From Nitrospirota bacterium (lineage in GTDB: Bacteria > Nitrospirota > UBA9217), in NCBI GenBank assembly GCA_963737155.1, contig CAVTRN010000002.1:192001-256000 (forward strand): a stretch of 64,000 nucleotides of DNA, given 5' to 3'. The translations under genes and the position numbers were made by a program. How positions within the stretch are numbered: the stretch's first letter is position 1; each line of letters begins with the position of its first letter. The notes under the pieces are model-generated. The model had not been told where the DNA came from and searched no databases. It worked only from the letters and a program-made list of their open reading frames with translations. Positions 29,299 to 40,437 of this stretch are shown one piece after another.

Positions 29299-29789
29299 CA
29301 GGACAAAAAGTATTCGACGGTTTCATAAACATATCCCGAAGCAATGTGTTGTTCAAACTCCAGATTGACCTCCATGTTATGTCTTTGCCCCGATTTCTAA
29401 TTATCAAAAAAAGATAATCATATAATAACGATAATCGGCTCTTTCGCTGAATCTGGGCCACTAAAAGAAGGATAAGTACAAAAGACTTAGAAGAGGAAGT
29501 TAACTTTTTTTGATGACTGTATCACAAGGTGCAGAATGCAAAAAGTTATTTTCATAGCGAAAGTACAGAAATTTCACTTCTCCACTTTCCTTACTTTAAA
29601 ATGCCTGATATAATCCGTCAATGAAACCACCTCCCGATAACCCCCATCCTTTTTTTATCCCGTTTCAAGTATATGCCAAAGATATCTATCTTACCAATAC
29701 CGACGCAAAGCTTTATTTCAGTCCAATTATCTCTGTAGCACCATGTCTCAGAATGGGTATTCCGGGAACACAATAAGGAGAATCATGGT

Positions 29790-30347
29790 ATGTTATGTCC
29801 TTCATGCAAAGAAGAGATCCAGGCTGGTGCTATTATGTGCAAGCACTGCGGAAGAATGCTAAGTGCAGGTTCGAGCGTGGCTCAACTTAGCACAGTGCCA
29901 AAACAAACACAATCATTTCAAACTAAATTCAGTTTGTTGCCAAATGAAAAATTAATTATTGATGGGGTTATGACCTACAAGAAAAGCACTTTTGGAAATT
30001 ACATTTGCTCGTGCTATTTGACTAATCAAAGGTTAGTTGTGTGTGGCTTTGGTTTTAAAGGTGTCGCATTGCTTGGTCCCATTGCACAATTCATTCCATT
30101 GTTTATTAAATTAAAGAGCATTGCGTTTCAAATTCCGTGGGTCAATCTCTCAAGTCTGCAAAAAGGTAAACATGGCTTGGCGGATAAGCTAACATTTAAT
30201 ACGAATAATGGGGAAGAATATATACTAGTTATAGGCGCAAAAAAAGACCTATGGTATTCAGCATTAAAAAAAGTAACCGGTATCAACCTTAAACATAATG
30301 GGTCAATTGCTCATCGTGTACGTAAAAACTTTACTAAAATGTCATAA
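29790..30347 (+). CDS. zinc-ribbon plus PH/GRAM-like domain protein
   Basis: CPSC...CKHC; YLTNQRLV; AAGGAG RBS; AT-rich. Confidence 0.7.
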   Translation: MLCPSCKEEIQAGAIMCKHCGRMLSAGSSVAQLSTVPKQTQSFQTKFSLLPNEKLIIDGVMTYKKSTFGNYICSCYLTNQRLVVCGFGFKGVALLGPIAQFIPLFIKLKSIAFQIPWVNLSSLQKGKHGLADKLTFNTNNGEEYILVIGAKKDLWYSALKKVTGINLKHNGSIAHRVRKNFTKMS

Positions 30348-31207
30348 AACAGGCTCTGATAGCGAATATTATCATTGAAAACTGGCTGAAAAAATAGACA
30401 GTCCGTTTTATACAAAGCGCTTTATCTTTCAAAGATATTTTCGGATAGAAAGGATAGGCTGGGAGTGCATAATTCAATTAGTAAATGAGTATCGTAGTGA
30501 GGGAAATGGTTTTATCAACCTACAATCATGCATAGTCAATTTTGTGACAAGGGCATAGATTACTGAATGAAACTTACACCATGGCACAAACATTGGGATT
30601 GTTTTGTAGTGAGATGATCGGGGTGGTAAAAGTAGAAATTAACTCAAGTATCCGACAGGGATTGCCGGCCGACTAATAACACCGCTGCTCTCACCAGGAT
30701 AAATCCCGTAATTTCTTTCATTGACGTTAACAGTCCTGCGGCAGGTTTTCATGAAATCCGTAAATCCCAACGAGTCGGAAGGTCTTCGGCGCAGTCTCCG
30801 GGGCCAGGCGACTTGCCACTACGCCGAGGTTGCACAGTTCGTAGATGGCTCAGGCAGCGGTTTTCTCGAGAAAGTTTCATCGAGCATCTCTACCTATTTC
30901 AAGCACAGGATGGCTTGAATCTATTTGGGAGCATCCTTGCGAATCGGCAGGGGATGCAGAATTTTGACAAAGACAATATCGGGCCTCTTAGCGATGATCT
31001 GCTCTTTGGAGTTTCTATATTCGGCTTAAGGTAAATCTGCACGGCATTTCTAGCTACAATGTCACCCCCAGCATGTCCCGCACTCCCCTCTTTCTAAAAA
31101 GTCGGCACGTAAAAAGGCCACTCACTCGAAACGAAGAGCATTAAAATCACTAAGGAAATTCGAAAATATAAAATAATTATTTAGCATCTCGATTGCGTTT
31201 GTCACCG

Positions 31208-33202
31208 TTAAACCTGGATAGGAAGAATGATTACCGGAATTCCCTGGCTATATAAGCTTCTCTGAACGGCGAAAATTGTATAGTTGTGGAATAAGCCGGA
31301 CAGTACGTTTGTGCTGGGGAATACCAACTGGCCACCGAAGAGGATGGTGTTCGGGAAGCGTTCAAGAATCTGCGGGGATAGGCAGGCGATTTCGTCAACA
31401 ACATCATTGCCGAACGAGGCATAGGAAGCGGAATAATATCCGTGGCACCGCATGTAGTGCACGTAGCGTTCCAGCTCTTTTTTTACGCTTTTTTTCATAT
31501 GGGACATTTCTTCCACACCCTTGAAATTCCCGGCATCCACAATGCCGACCTGGATGAAAACGAAATTATTAAAGGTTCCTCCAAAGAGACGTATGATACT
31601 GAAGAGCGTATGAAGTCCCAGACCGTTGAAGCCGTTTACGAGCAGGATCGCGGTCTTGTCCTCGGGATCGTACTTTATCTGATGTTCCGTTTCCGTATCA
31701 CCGTGTTTAATTGGGCATGAGGATTCCGCCACCGTCACCAGTTCATCAAGTCGCTTGAGGACATGCAGTGTGTTCTGATAGTGGCGCCGCGTCAGCAGGG
31801 CGATACAGATTAGCGTTCCGCTAAGTATCAAGGTGATCCATCCTCCCTCGTTGAACTTGATGATGGTCACCGTGACGAGGATAAAGAAGGTAAGAGTCAT
31901 ACCTATCCCGTTGATGAACAGCTTCTTCTCCCAGTGTTCCTCCTGTCCCCGAACCTGCCACCAATGACGTACCATACCGAACTGGGACAGGAAAAAGGTG
32001 ATAAACACGTTGATGCTGTACAGGACGACGAGGTACGTGACGGAACCGCCGGTAAGGATCATGGTTGCGAGCGCCGCGCCGCCCATCATCAAGATACCTT
32101 TCTGGGTCACCAGACGGTCGCTTAGCATGGCGAATTTGCTCGGGAACCAGCGGTCGAGCGCCATGTTCGCGAGTACCCGCGGTCCGTCAAGAAAACCTGT
32201 CTGGGCTGCGATAAAAAGGAGCGCCGCCTCGGACAGGAGCGTAATAAGAACGAAAATGATCCCTGACCGTCCCCAGTTTTTGGTCATGGTTTCGAACAGC
32301 ACCGCATTCAGTGTCTTTCCGGACTGGGGAACGACGCGATAGAGCAGGTAGGCCAGCATCAGTCCCATGACGACCAGAGCAAGAGATATGGCCATGTAGT
32401 GCATTGTGCGCTTGCCGGTCTGGACCTTCGGTTCACGGAGAATCGGGAGGCCGTTGCTCACCGCCTCGATGCCCGTGTACGTGCCGGCCCCCATGCTGTA
32501 GGCGCGCAGAATGAGCAGGGCCATGCCGACGAAACCAAGTTCAGCATGCGTCTGCAACACATCGGCCCTCGTTGCTGCGGCCACAGCGCCAAAGCTTCCA
32601 AGATTCGCGAAAATCGCATAACCGATTATGAATGCGTGGGTGATTACGAAGGTGAGAAATATGGGAACTAGGGGAAGAACAGATTCCTTGACCCCGCGCA
32701 TGTTCATGACCGTGAGGAGTAGGACGCCAGCGATTGCAAAAGATACCTTGTAGTGGAGCCATGACATCGGGAGAAAACTGAATAGGGCGTCAGCGCCGCT
32801 TGCCACGGATATTGTGATTGTGAGAACATAATCGATCAGGAGCGCCGAACCGGAAACCATGCCAGCCGTGGGAGAGAGAAGTTTGCTCGCCACGAGATAA
32901 CCACCGCCTCCCGACGGAAAGAGCTCGATGATCTGCGAGTAGCTCGTCGCGATGATGAACACCGTAAGCCCCGACATGAGGGCAACAAAGATACTGAGGT
33001 AGACATGACCATGGAAAGCGTTAAACGCTTCTTCGGGGCCGTAGCAGGATGATGACAGACCGTCGGCGCCCAGTCCTACCCAAGCGAAAAAAGCGATGAG
33101 CGAAAGCTTGTGAAACAGCGAGTCGTCCTCGATATTATGCTTTCCGCCGATGACAAGGGTTTTACAACGTTGCAATAGGGAAGGTTTAAGTGGCTGAACC
33201 AT
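31208..33202 (-). CDS. APC-family permease, KimA/YdaO-like potassium importer
   Basis: ADGLSSSCYGPEE, SYSQII..FPSGGGGY, LLIDYVLT, TGIEAVSNG; C-terminal cytoplasmic domain. Confidence 0.88.
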   Translation of the reverse strand: MVQPLKPSLLQRCKTLVIGGKHNIEDDSLFHKLSLIAFFAWVGLGADGLSSSCYGPEEAFNAFHGHVYLSIFVALMSGLTVFIIATSYSQIIELFPSGGGGYLVASKLLSPTAGMVSGSALLIDYVLTITISVASGADALFSFLPMSWLHYKVSFAIAGVLLLTVMNMRGVKESVLPLVPIFLTFVITHAFIIGYAIFANLGSFGAVAAATRADVLQTHAELGFVGMALLILRAYSMGAGTYTGIEAVSNGLPILREPKVQTGKRTMHYMAISLALVVMGLMLAYLLYRVVPQSGKTLNAVLFETMTKNWGRSGIIFVLITLLSEAALLFIAAQTGFLDGPRVLANMALDRWFPSKFAMLSDRLVTQKGILMMGGAALATMILTGGSVTYLVVLYSINVFITFFLSQFGMVRHWWQVRGQEEHWEKKLFINGIGMTLTFFILVTVTIIKFNEGGWITLILSGTLICIALLTRRHYQNTLHVLKRLDELVTVAESSCPIKHGDTETEHQIKYDPEDKTAILLVNGFNGLGLHTLFSIIRLFGGTFNNFVFIQVGIVDAGNFKGVEEMSHMKKSVKKELERYVHYMRCHGYYSASYASFGNDVVDEIACLSPQILERFPNTILFGGQLVFPSTNVLSGLFHNYTIFAVQRSLYSQGIPVIILPIQV

Positions 33203-33479
33203 GAAAAAATACTCCGTTCTTTTCTGCGCCGCGGTTGATGCGGCACTTTATCAATCTGCGCCGTAAAACCCCGTAATCTCTTCAGTGCGGGGAGGTTGTC
33301 AAATGTACCGCAGGCAATAGCAATTATAAAGCAAGGTTAATACCATTAAAAGGTGAAGATCAGTTGCAGATAAAAGTATTGATTCTCCAGAAAAAATTTT
33401 GTTCAACCTTCCTCTTTTTGTTTGAAGAAATAGTGTCTTATCGATGCTTTTTTGTGCATATGCTCAAGGAATGTGCAGG

Positions 33480-33653
33480 GTTGAGCTCTGCCGATAGCTG
33501 ATCTCCGGTTCGTTCATCAAGAATCAAGGTCTTGCTGGGTCTGCCTCTTGTTTATGTCTGAGCTGGGTCATATATACGCGCAGGTACTCAACGTCATGGA
33601 TATGCGCAGGCACGCTGGAGAAGCTGGTCGGGATTAGACCTGTGTTCTTCCAT
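33480..33653 (-). pseudogene. kdpD-start / kdpE-end deletion remnant
   Basis: MEEHRSNPDQLLQR (KdpD-like N-terminus) joined to PAHIHDVEYLRVYMTQLRHKQEADPARP*FLMNEPEISYR (KdpE-like C-terminus). Confidence 0.8.
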
Positions 33654-33879
33654 ATACCTGTATGCTTTCAAGAAGGTACGCTGACTATTTTTTAGTTTAT
33701 ATTTTTTCATATTTCGTACGTCCTGTGTAAGTTATTTAATATAAGCTCCTGATGCACTAATGCCCGAGCAGCCGTTTATGATCGCCCATGTGGGATAGTG
33801 CTAGGCTAATATTAGGTATTGGGGAAACGCATGGCATGAATCAACGACAGCTATGTTTCATTATGTCGCCATCTGAGCT

Positions 33880-33975
33880 GCTATCTTTTTGCCATTCTGC
33901 CAAAGTTTTTAGCAGATTGTGCGTCGCGCAGATAAGTTTTCATTCCTGGGAGCATACATCAAGCTCTTGGCGCAT
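33880..33975 (-). pseudogene. IS1182-like transposase C-terminal remnant
   Basis: LDVCSQE*KLICATHNLLK resembles the (V..EW.LIC..HNLLKL) tail. Confidence 0.5.
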
Positions 33976-34238
33976 ATAGTGTCGGATATGCCGCTTTGAC
34001 TGGCGAGGTCGGAGACGGTAAGATATTCGTGCATAAGATAGCCAATGCGATACGGATAAGGACCAAGGAAAGCGACATGGCGGCGTTATGATCTGCTAAT
34101 TCGACAGTTGAATAAAAACTCCAAACGGAATTATTCATTTTCTTTGTGATCCTGGTTCTCCGAACCTACAACAGTGCAATGTCAATTTGGTGACGCAGGC
34201 GATTAATACAGATGAAACCTGTAGTGGGTAATTAACTA

Positions 34239-35862
34239 GAGTCTGTATTTTAATGCAAAAAACGCATTGCGCGAGTGCGACCGAGGACGCCGTAAGATGT
34301 GGTAATTCCCCCGCATTCGCGTTTATAGCCTCGCCGTTTGAGGTAGTTTCGTAATAACATAGCCATAATGCTAATTTTGAACGCACTGGTGCTATAAGGG
34401 TTGATTGATGATTGAGTTTTCGTTACTGTCGGGCCGTTTGAATCTTGGTGATCAGCAGTCCAGTCATAACCCGAATATTATACGCAATTGCACTCCAGTA
34501 AATTTTCGCGTTGAAGTGTGGTCGTGTCTTCCATTCGCAGCGAAACATATCGAACCCTCTTTTGAAATTCGATATGACAGCCTCGATGCCGCTCCGCCAC
34601 TTCTTAAGACGCGTTTCCAGGTTCAGGCTGCTCGTCAAATTCTTGAGCGATCCAACGATCTTGTTGAATACGATATTGACGACCCCTTTATTTTTCGCCA
34701 GTTGCTGGTTCAAGAGAGACGCATAGCCGCCGTCCGTCGTCATATCGCGCGGCACGATGCCATAGTTTTCCTTGATTCGATCAATCACGCTGCCGTATTC
34801 CTGAGTGTCGCTGGGGTTGCCATCAAGAATCTTGCAGTCGATAATCAGCATGCTCGCACCTGTCGCCAGATTGATCTTATGCCCGAACGTCGCTTCACGT
34901 TTGCCTTTTACGATGATATCGGTATGATCCTCAAAGATCGAAAACAGCTTGTCCTCGTTCGGCACTTTCTCTCCCAGGATCTCGTGGCGATGCGTCATGC
35001 TGTAAACCCTCTCCGCCTTCGGGAGAAGATTCTTGATTTCAGTCGCAAGAGCCAAAGCCGCATCGTCTGCGTACCGAAGCGAAGGCAACACAACAAGCGC
35101 GGCCTCAGCCTGATTAATGCTGGTTCGAAGCAATTTCGACTGTTTTTCAAAGGTTTCTTTGCGCTTCTCGCCCGGCTTCGTGTTGTTGATCTTGCCGAAA
35201 TGCTTCTTGGCCTGCTTCTTGTACCGCCGCCCCGTGATCACTCCACCGGTCTCTTCAGCGAGTTTTACGAGCAGCCGGTCAAAGGTCTTGATGCAGTCCC
35301 ACATCAGCGAATTGTTCGTCGGATAATGGACGTTTGTCTCGATTGCCGTGGAATCGGTTCGCGCCTTGCTGAAATCATCAAGTCCTTCCGCTTGGGCAAT
35401 CTTGTTGATTGCGATCATCACTTGCTCAAGCGTTTCCGCTTTGATCATCGAGATGTACTTCTGCCAGACCGAGAAGGATATGGGGGACCTGCCGTTAAGT
35501 TTGAGAAACAGCACGCAGATGCGAGAATCGTGTTGGGCGTACTCCAACTCCCGATATGTCAGCGTCTTCATCTCCTTATACAACGCGCCGCGCAGAATTT
35601 GCTCGATTGTGGGGGTGTCCTTTCTGCTAAGACTTTTTCCCGTGCTGCCCTTGAAGTCCCGTTTGACAAGCTCGTAAATTTCGGGATGCAACGACAAAAT
35701 CGTGTCGATAACCGCGAATTCCGTGTTGACTGCCCAGTGCGGATTCTCAAGCGTGAGTGTCAATTCGTTCAAAAGCTTCATCGTTTCCCCCTTGCTGATT
35801 TTGTTACGCCACTATACTTTTATCGTGCAGAATCAGCAAGTTAAATGATTAAATACAGACTC
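34239..35862 (-). mobile_element. complete IS (ISNCY/IS5-like DDE) with 12-bp IR and 6-bp target duplication
   Basis: IR GAGTCTGTATTT / AAATACAGACTC; TAACTA direct repeat at 34233-34238 and 35863-35868. Confidence 0.9.
34423..35781 (-). CDS. DDE transposase (ISNCY/IS5-like)
   Basis: RTDSTAIETNVHYPT, FGHK, TTDGGY, RSGIEAVISNFKR. Confidence 0.9.
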   Translation of the reverse strand: MKLLNELTLTLENPHWAVNTEFAVIDTILSLHPEIYELVKRDFKGSTGKSLSRKDTPTIEQILRGALYKEMKTLTYRELEYAQHDSRICVLFLKLNGRSPISFSVWQKYISMIKAETLEQVMIAINKIAQAEGLDDFSKARTDSTAIETNVHYPTNNSLMWDCIKTFDRLLVKLAEETGGVITGRRYKKQAKKHFGKINNTKPGEKRKETFEKQSKLLRTSINQAEAALVVLPSLRYADDAALALATEIKNLLPKAERVYSMTHRHEILGEKVPNEDKLFSIFEDHTDIIVKGKREATFGHKINLATGASMLIIDCKILDGNPSDTQEYGSVIDRIKENYGIVPRDMTTDGGYASLLNQQLAKNKGVVNIVFNKIVGSLKNLTSSLNLETRLKKWRSGIEAVISNFKRGFDMFRCEWKTRPHFNAKIYWSAIAYNIRVMTGLLITKIQTARQ

Positions 35863-36225
35863 TAACTAGTATTACTACATCGTATCCTGCTTATGGAAAG
35901 CTGGAAGGACAATTAACTAAAAACTACAAACGGAATTCTTCCTTATCCTGGCGATTATGGCTCTCCGAGCTACACCTCCCATGAAGAGGTTTGTCAAGTG
36001 CCGCCCTTGAATTTTATGTTAAATGCTACTATTGCAGTATGTTTTGTGTGAAACCGCATCAGTCTCGCCAAGTGGTCCGGTTATTTAATAAGGGAATCAG
36101 CCATCCTCTCATTCGAGCTCACCCTTCAGGTGTCTGACCTTATTGATGCTGATGGCACGCCCATTCTACAAGCTGATAACTTCAATCAAGCGAAACAATT
36201 ATCTGTTACCAGTCGAAACTTATAC

Positions 36226-36296
36226 CTAAAACGCTCAAGGTGAGCCACGCAGAGCCGCGTCAGCGGGTCGGCGTTGGCTCGACCGCATTGTTGGCC
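36226..36296 (-). other. attC site
   Basis: GGCCAAC-5nt-GGTCGAGCC...GGCTCACC-6nt-GTTTTAG with typical extrahelical bases; complementary GTTGGCC at 36793-36787. Confidence 0.8.
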
Positions 36297-36302
36297 ATTC
36301 GA

Positions 36303-36707
36303 TTACACGATTTGCTTTCCGGCGTCCGGTCCCACGGACTGGTCGTAAACGGCTTCCACCGTGATTCGGACAACGTACTGGAGTGGCGGCAACTTCATCG
36401 GCGCTTTCTTTATTTCCTCTCTCATTTGTTCGAACAGCAATCCAGACTCCAGGATTTCTGCCGATCCTTTGATCTGGTAGCCTTTGTAAGTCGTCATGTC
36501 CGCGACAGTGACCGCGACTTTGGGATTTGCCCGGAGGTTTTCACGAGTCTTCCGTGAAAACAGATCGGCAAAAATGACATACTCGTCATCAATCACCCGA
36601 ACGGAGCCTTTGGGTGTCGTGTTGGGCATGCCATCGGATGCGGCTGTCGCCACCCACGCCATTTTGCCTTTCAGGAACTCCTGAACTTCTACTGGTATTC
36701 GTGCCAT
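36303..36707 (-). CDS. pyridoxamine 5'-phosphate oxidase-like FMN-binding protein (cassette gene)
   Basis: VATAASDGMPN..PKGS...KTRENLRANPKVAV...GYQIKG. Confidence 0.9.
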   Translation of the reverse strand: MARIPVEVQEFLKGKMAWVATAASDGMPNTTPKGSVRVIDDEYVIFADLFSRKTRENLRANPKVAVTVADMTTYKGYQIKGSAEILESGLLFEQMREEIKKAPMKLPPLQYVVRITVEAVYDQSVGPDAGKQIV

Positions 36708-37329
36708 TTTTCTGTCCTTTCTTTGTGTTGTTTTTAGCTACTCGTTTCGGTTTTTCAGTAAATCTCTCGAAGGCATCCTTCTTACTGGCCAACAAGAGAT
36801 TGAGCCATTCTCCTCAATTGTTAAACTCAGATTTTGATTGGCAGCATAAATTATGGAAGCTGTGAGCAGAAGTGAAACTTATCAAGAAGTTAAATTTCGC
36901 TCAACATGTAAAAATTCATACTTGAGGAGTTTCGGCCAATTACGGCCAAACATGTACTTGAGAAAAGTATATAGAATTTTGTTTGAATGATCAATAATAA
37001 TCAACAGCCTGAACGAACCTGCCGCATGGGCAGATTCAAAATGGGATAGCAAATACGAAGTGAAAGATTGGATGTTGTCTAAGCAGTCTTGGGTGTGAAA
37101 TACAGGAAGTACTTGTTGCCAGGAGAATCATGTCATAATATCCATGATTCAAACAGAAGATTTCACCGTCCTAATAATTCTTAACCTCCCACATCCGCCT
37201 ACTGAGATAACAAATCACTCAATATCTGGTGCTATCTCAAAAGTGCTTCCCCGAAACTCTTGCTTTAGTAATGATATAATTGTGATCGATAAGGTATTTC
37301 ACCATTCTGGCACTTTTAAGGAGGGAACT

Positions 37330-37800
37330 ATGGGAGAAGTCATTCACACATCCCGCATAAGGATAGTTCGGGAAAAGGGGCCCACTCGCAAAGCTGTGAT
37401 CGAGGGATTTAACGAACCAATTTATTATGGCGTGCATGGCGGAATCAAGAAATTTTACAAAGTCGAACCCGAGGAAGAGCACGCAGCCACGCTCGACCAT
37501 ATTGTGGCTGCAACAGCAGGCTGAATGATGGGAACACTGGCCGCGGCGCTGGCCGGAAAGAAAATACGAACGTCCGAAGAGCTTTACTCGGCCGATGTTG
37601 AAGGAGACATTGAGAACGTAAATGGCATTCTGAAAATCACGAAGATTAGGGTAAAGTACTATCTCAAAGTACCGGCAGGGAAATCCGCTGAAGCAAGAGC
37701 GGCATTTTCCTCATACATAGTTGGATGTCCGGCGGCGCAAAGTGTCATCGGTTGTATAGATATCAGGGACGATCTTGCAATCGAAGAAATGAAAGAGTAA
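37330..37800 (+). CDS. OsmC-like selenoprotein (TGA at 37522-37524 read as Sec65)
   Basis: AAGGAGG RBS; TLDHIVAATAG-TGA-MMGTLAAAL in frame to GCPAAQSV; TGA lies at the peroxidatic Cys position; SECIS-like hairpin follows. Confidence 0.88.
37537..37556 (+). promoter_or_regulatory. candidate bacterial SECIS element
   Basis: CTGGCC-GCGGCGC-T-GGCCGG hairpin 12 nt after the TGA, with a G-rich loop and a bulged U. Confidence 0.62.
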
Positions 37801-38189
37801 ATGATGGATTGAGCCTTATTTCATTGCGAATGATAATGCCAACGATTTTAAAGGCCAACCTTGCGTCTTGCTCAATGCATAAGCGGTGAGGTTTGCGGGA
37901 AATAATCTCGCGTTTAACGCTCTGATCCAAAAGAGAAGGTTGTATGTAGCATCGGGGAAACCTGGTTTTGATAGTTATTTCCCGCAACCGCATATTCAGG
38001 AAATTGCAACATGCGTTGGTTACAGGATGTAAATTACATCGTTTCAAAAAACGTAAACTCATTTGCTTCAGGAAGTTAATGTTGAGAATAAACCTATCCC
38101 AAAATGCAATGGTTCAAAGTAAAGTTGTGATCCGTTCACATAGCGGCTGTCGGGTCCAACTTTCGCGCAATTATGACCTTCTATTACCT

Positions 38190-38633
38190 CTACACACACA
38201 AGGACCATTCGGCTGTCATAGGATCAGTGGGATGATTGTAATTATCCGGATAGAAACTATCATTCATTATTGCGCAGACAATCCAACCCATGCTGTCCTG
38301 TGTGTTCGTGATTTTGAAGGGGCCGGGACCATATGCTCCGCCGACAAACTGACGATCCTGAGTAAGTACAAGCGTGATCGCAGACCATTTAGGGACCTCA
38401 TTAAAGATCGTATTAGAATCACCGGCAGGCCCCCAATAGGGACGGGATTTCCCAGGCGACCACTGCCCGTGAATGCTGATAGTTCTGCAATTACCGAAAG
38501 AGATTGTACCTAGATACGTTAACCCCATGGGATCCAATATCTTCGTATCAAGAATAATCTTAGGTGATGCGCCCAATAGCTTTGTTATGTCAAGATTGGG
38601 TGCATTAAGCTCAAGCGCTTGTTTCTCGGTCAT
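38190..38633 (-). CDS. hypothetical protein
   Basis: 147-aa ORF with GGAGG RBS; no recognised motif. Confidence 0.55.
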   Translation of the reverse strand: MTEKQALELNAPNLDITKLLGASPKIILDTKILDPMGLTYLGTISFGNCRTISIHGQWSPGKSRPYWGPAGDSNTIFNEVPKWSAITLVLTQDRQFVGGAYGPGPFKITNTQDSMGWIVCAIMNDSFYPDNYNHPTDPMTAEWSLCV

Positions 38634-39142
38634 TTATCCCTCCATTTGGTTTGCTGGTTTTCGCTCGCTTCATGAATCTCTTAACTAAAAATAATACCAC
38701 AAACTGCATGATACAAATAGATTATGTGATCACCTGATGAGGCAGTAGTCTGTATTACATGCTTCACATGCGATTCTACACGTCTTCAAAAATTATCTTT
38801 ATATCGTCACCATCTACAAGCTTGCAGAGTTGTTGACTGAAATTCAATGCACAATAACTACTTGAAAGGTATAATGTAAAGTTCTTGGCTATGTTGAGTT
38901 AGATTTGCGTTTGCCAAGCAAATATCTGTTTTCTTGTCCTATTATCCTCCTTTCATTCTGGATTACTTAACATAATAATTTCCAGTTGATCGCATTTAAA
39001 TCACCGGAGGAGAGCTACGTAAGAAAAGTCATCGCCGAATAAAACTGATTCTGTGAAACGTCATGAGGAGCAAGAGAGTTCTGCAATCATTCCCTTCGGG
39101 AATATATTAGAAAAGAGGGATACGCATCTGGTGGAATGGCAG

Positions 39143-39285
39143 AAAACAGCTATGCATCTGCTTCAATCAGGAGTGGATATTACCGTAATTGGAAGCGTGT
39201 GCTTCAGAAATTGTCTCTTCCGCATACCAATGCAGTCCGTTTTAAAACCGCTGACCCGCTCTTGGAGTTTCTGGAGAGTCTGTGA
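39143..39285 (+). pseudogene. tyrosine recombinase C-terminal remnant (RIT third-gene-like), internally deleted
   Basis: KTAMHLLQSGVDITVI, then in another frame KRVLQKL...RFKTADPLLEFLESL*. Confidence 0.7.
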
Positions 39286-39339
39286 TTATATGTAGACTCT
39301 CTCTGAACCGTTCCTAAAAACATAGTATTTTATTTCTCA

Positions 39340-39560
39340 TAACTATGACGGCAGCCGAACAGTGCTGCTGCCGGTTAACGTCAGGGATTCCCGCCCTGAT
39401 TCGCCCAAGTCCCGTTGTTTGCTGATCGGGATTGCTTCTGGCGCCTTTTCAGCAAGACTGCTGCTGGCAGGTGGCCCGGAGAATTGCGCTGTCGACGGGA
39501 TGATGGCTTCTTCTGCAATTCAGCGCAGCCTGGGGAGTCCTGTAAGGACCGTCGTTGGTA
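39340..39560 (-). ncRNA. putative TnpB omega/reRNA at the IS607 right end
   Basis: Overlaps a low-complexity tnpB tail; hairpins such as TCAGGG/CCCTGA; boundaries approximate. Confidence 0.45.
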
Positions 39561-40331
39561 GAGACTGTGATGATTTCCACAACCTCCCCGAGTCTTCATC
39601 TTGCTCCAAAACTTCCAGATGTGCTCCTCTCGATTCCTTGCAGGTAGAGGGGAGGCGGTTCTGCTTGGTATGGGAGACTCGGAATATCCTTGAACTCTTC
39701 TCGCGATCGCAAGCGCCGCTGCTTCATGCGGCGAGATGCCATGAAAAGACATATAATTGTTTCTGCCGATAACGGATGTGTAAGCAGGATTCACGGAGAG
39801 CACACCGGCGCCTGCCTTAAATGCTCTGCGGTCAAGCATGTTTAAAAAGGTGGAATAGGCGAACCCGGACAGCATCCGCGCATACGTTACTCCCTGTTCC
39901 TTAAGAGATGCTTTCTTCTTTTCGAAGTCAAGAGTTTCATGAGCGACGGGTTTCCCGGTTTTAATTGACCGGTCGATAATGCCGACGCAGATATCACCGT
40001 AAGTTGCCTCGGTCTGTTCCGTGGTTCTGTCTTTTATACATGCAGCATACGTTGTGTGCCAGACAAGATTGACGAACCGGTCAGTCTCGGAAACAGCAAT
40101 CTCTTTTTCGTTTGCATCTACGCCAATATATCCGATTTCTTGCGGTTTCCCGGTAATTGTTTCTCTTGGGGGGATATCAACCGATGAATACAGATACCAA
40201 CCCTTCTCGCCACGGACAAACCGGTGGGTGATTGCCTGGCTGCGCAGGAGTGCCTGCTCAATATATTCCTGCCCGTAAGGATATGTTACGGTAGGCACCA
40301 TGATGTGTTTACCGTATTTTTTGGCAAGATA
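39381..40331 (-). pseudogene. tnpB: tnpB 3' part (RuvC region), separated from its 5' part by the IS110
   Basis: YIGVDAN, VAHETLDF, SVNPAYTSVIG, HEAAALAIARR; rejoins in frame with 42080-42817 as RVPN|YLAKK (562 aa total). Confidence 0.85.
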
Positions 40332-40437
40332 GACATAATGGTTGACAGTTGAAAAAGTGACCTGCCCCTTGTCACCGTGGGTTATACTTGGATGCAATGG
40401 GTGTCCAAATACAGAGCCACAAACAAGGAGGCAGGTC

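Noticed and set aside
33200-33400. c-di-AMP (ydaO) riboswitch expected upstream of the KimA-like gene
   Set aside because: Conserved motifs not seen; only an IS605-type hairpin is present.
34405-35844. 479-aa plus-strand ORF
   Set aside because: Antisense shadow of the transposase.
36014-36024. Perfect XerD arm TTATGTTAAAT
   Set aside because: No credible XerC arm at the 6-bp spacing.
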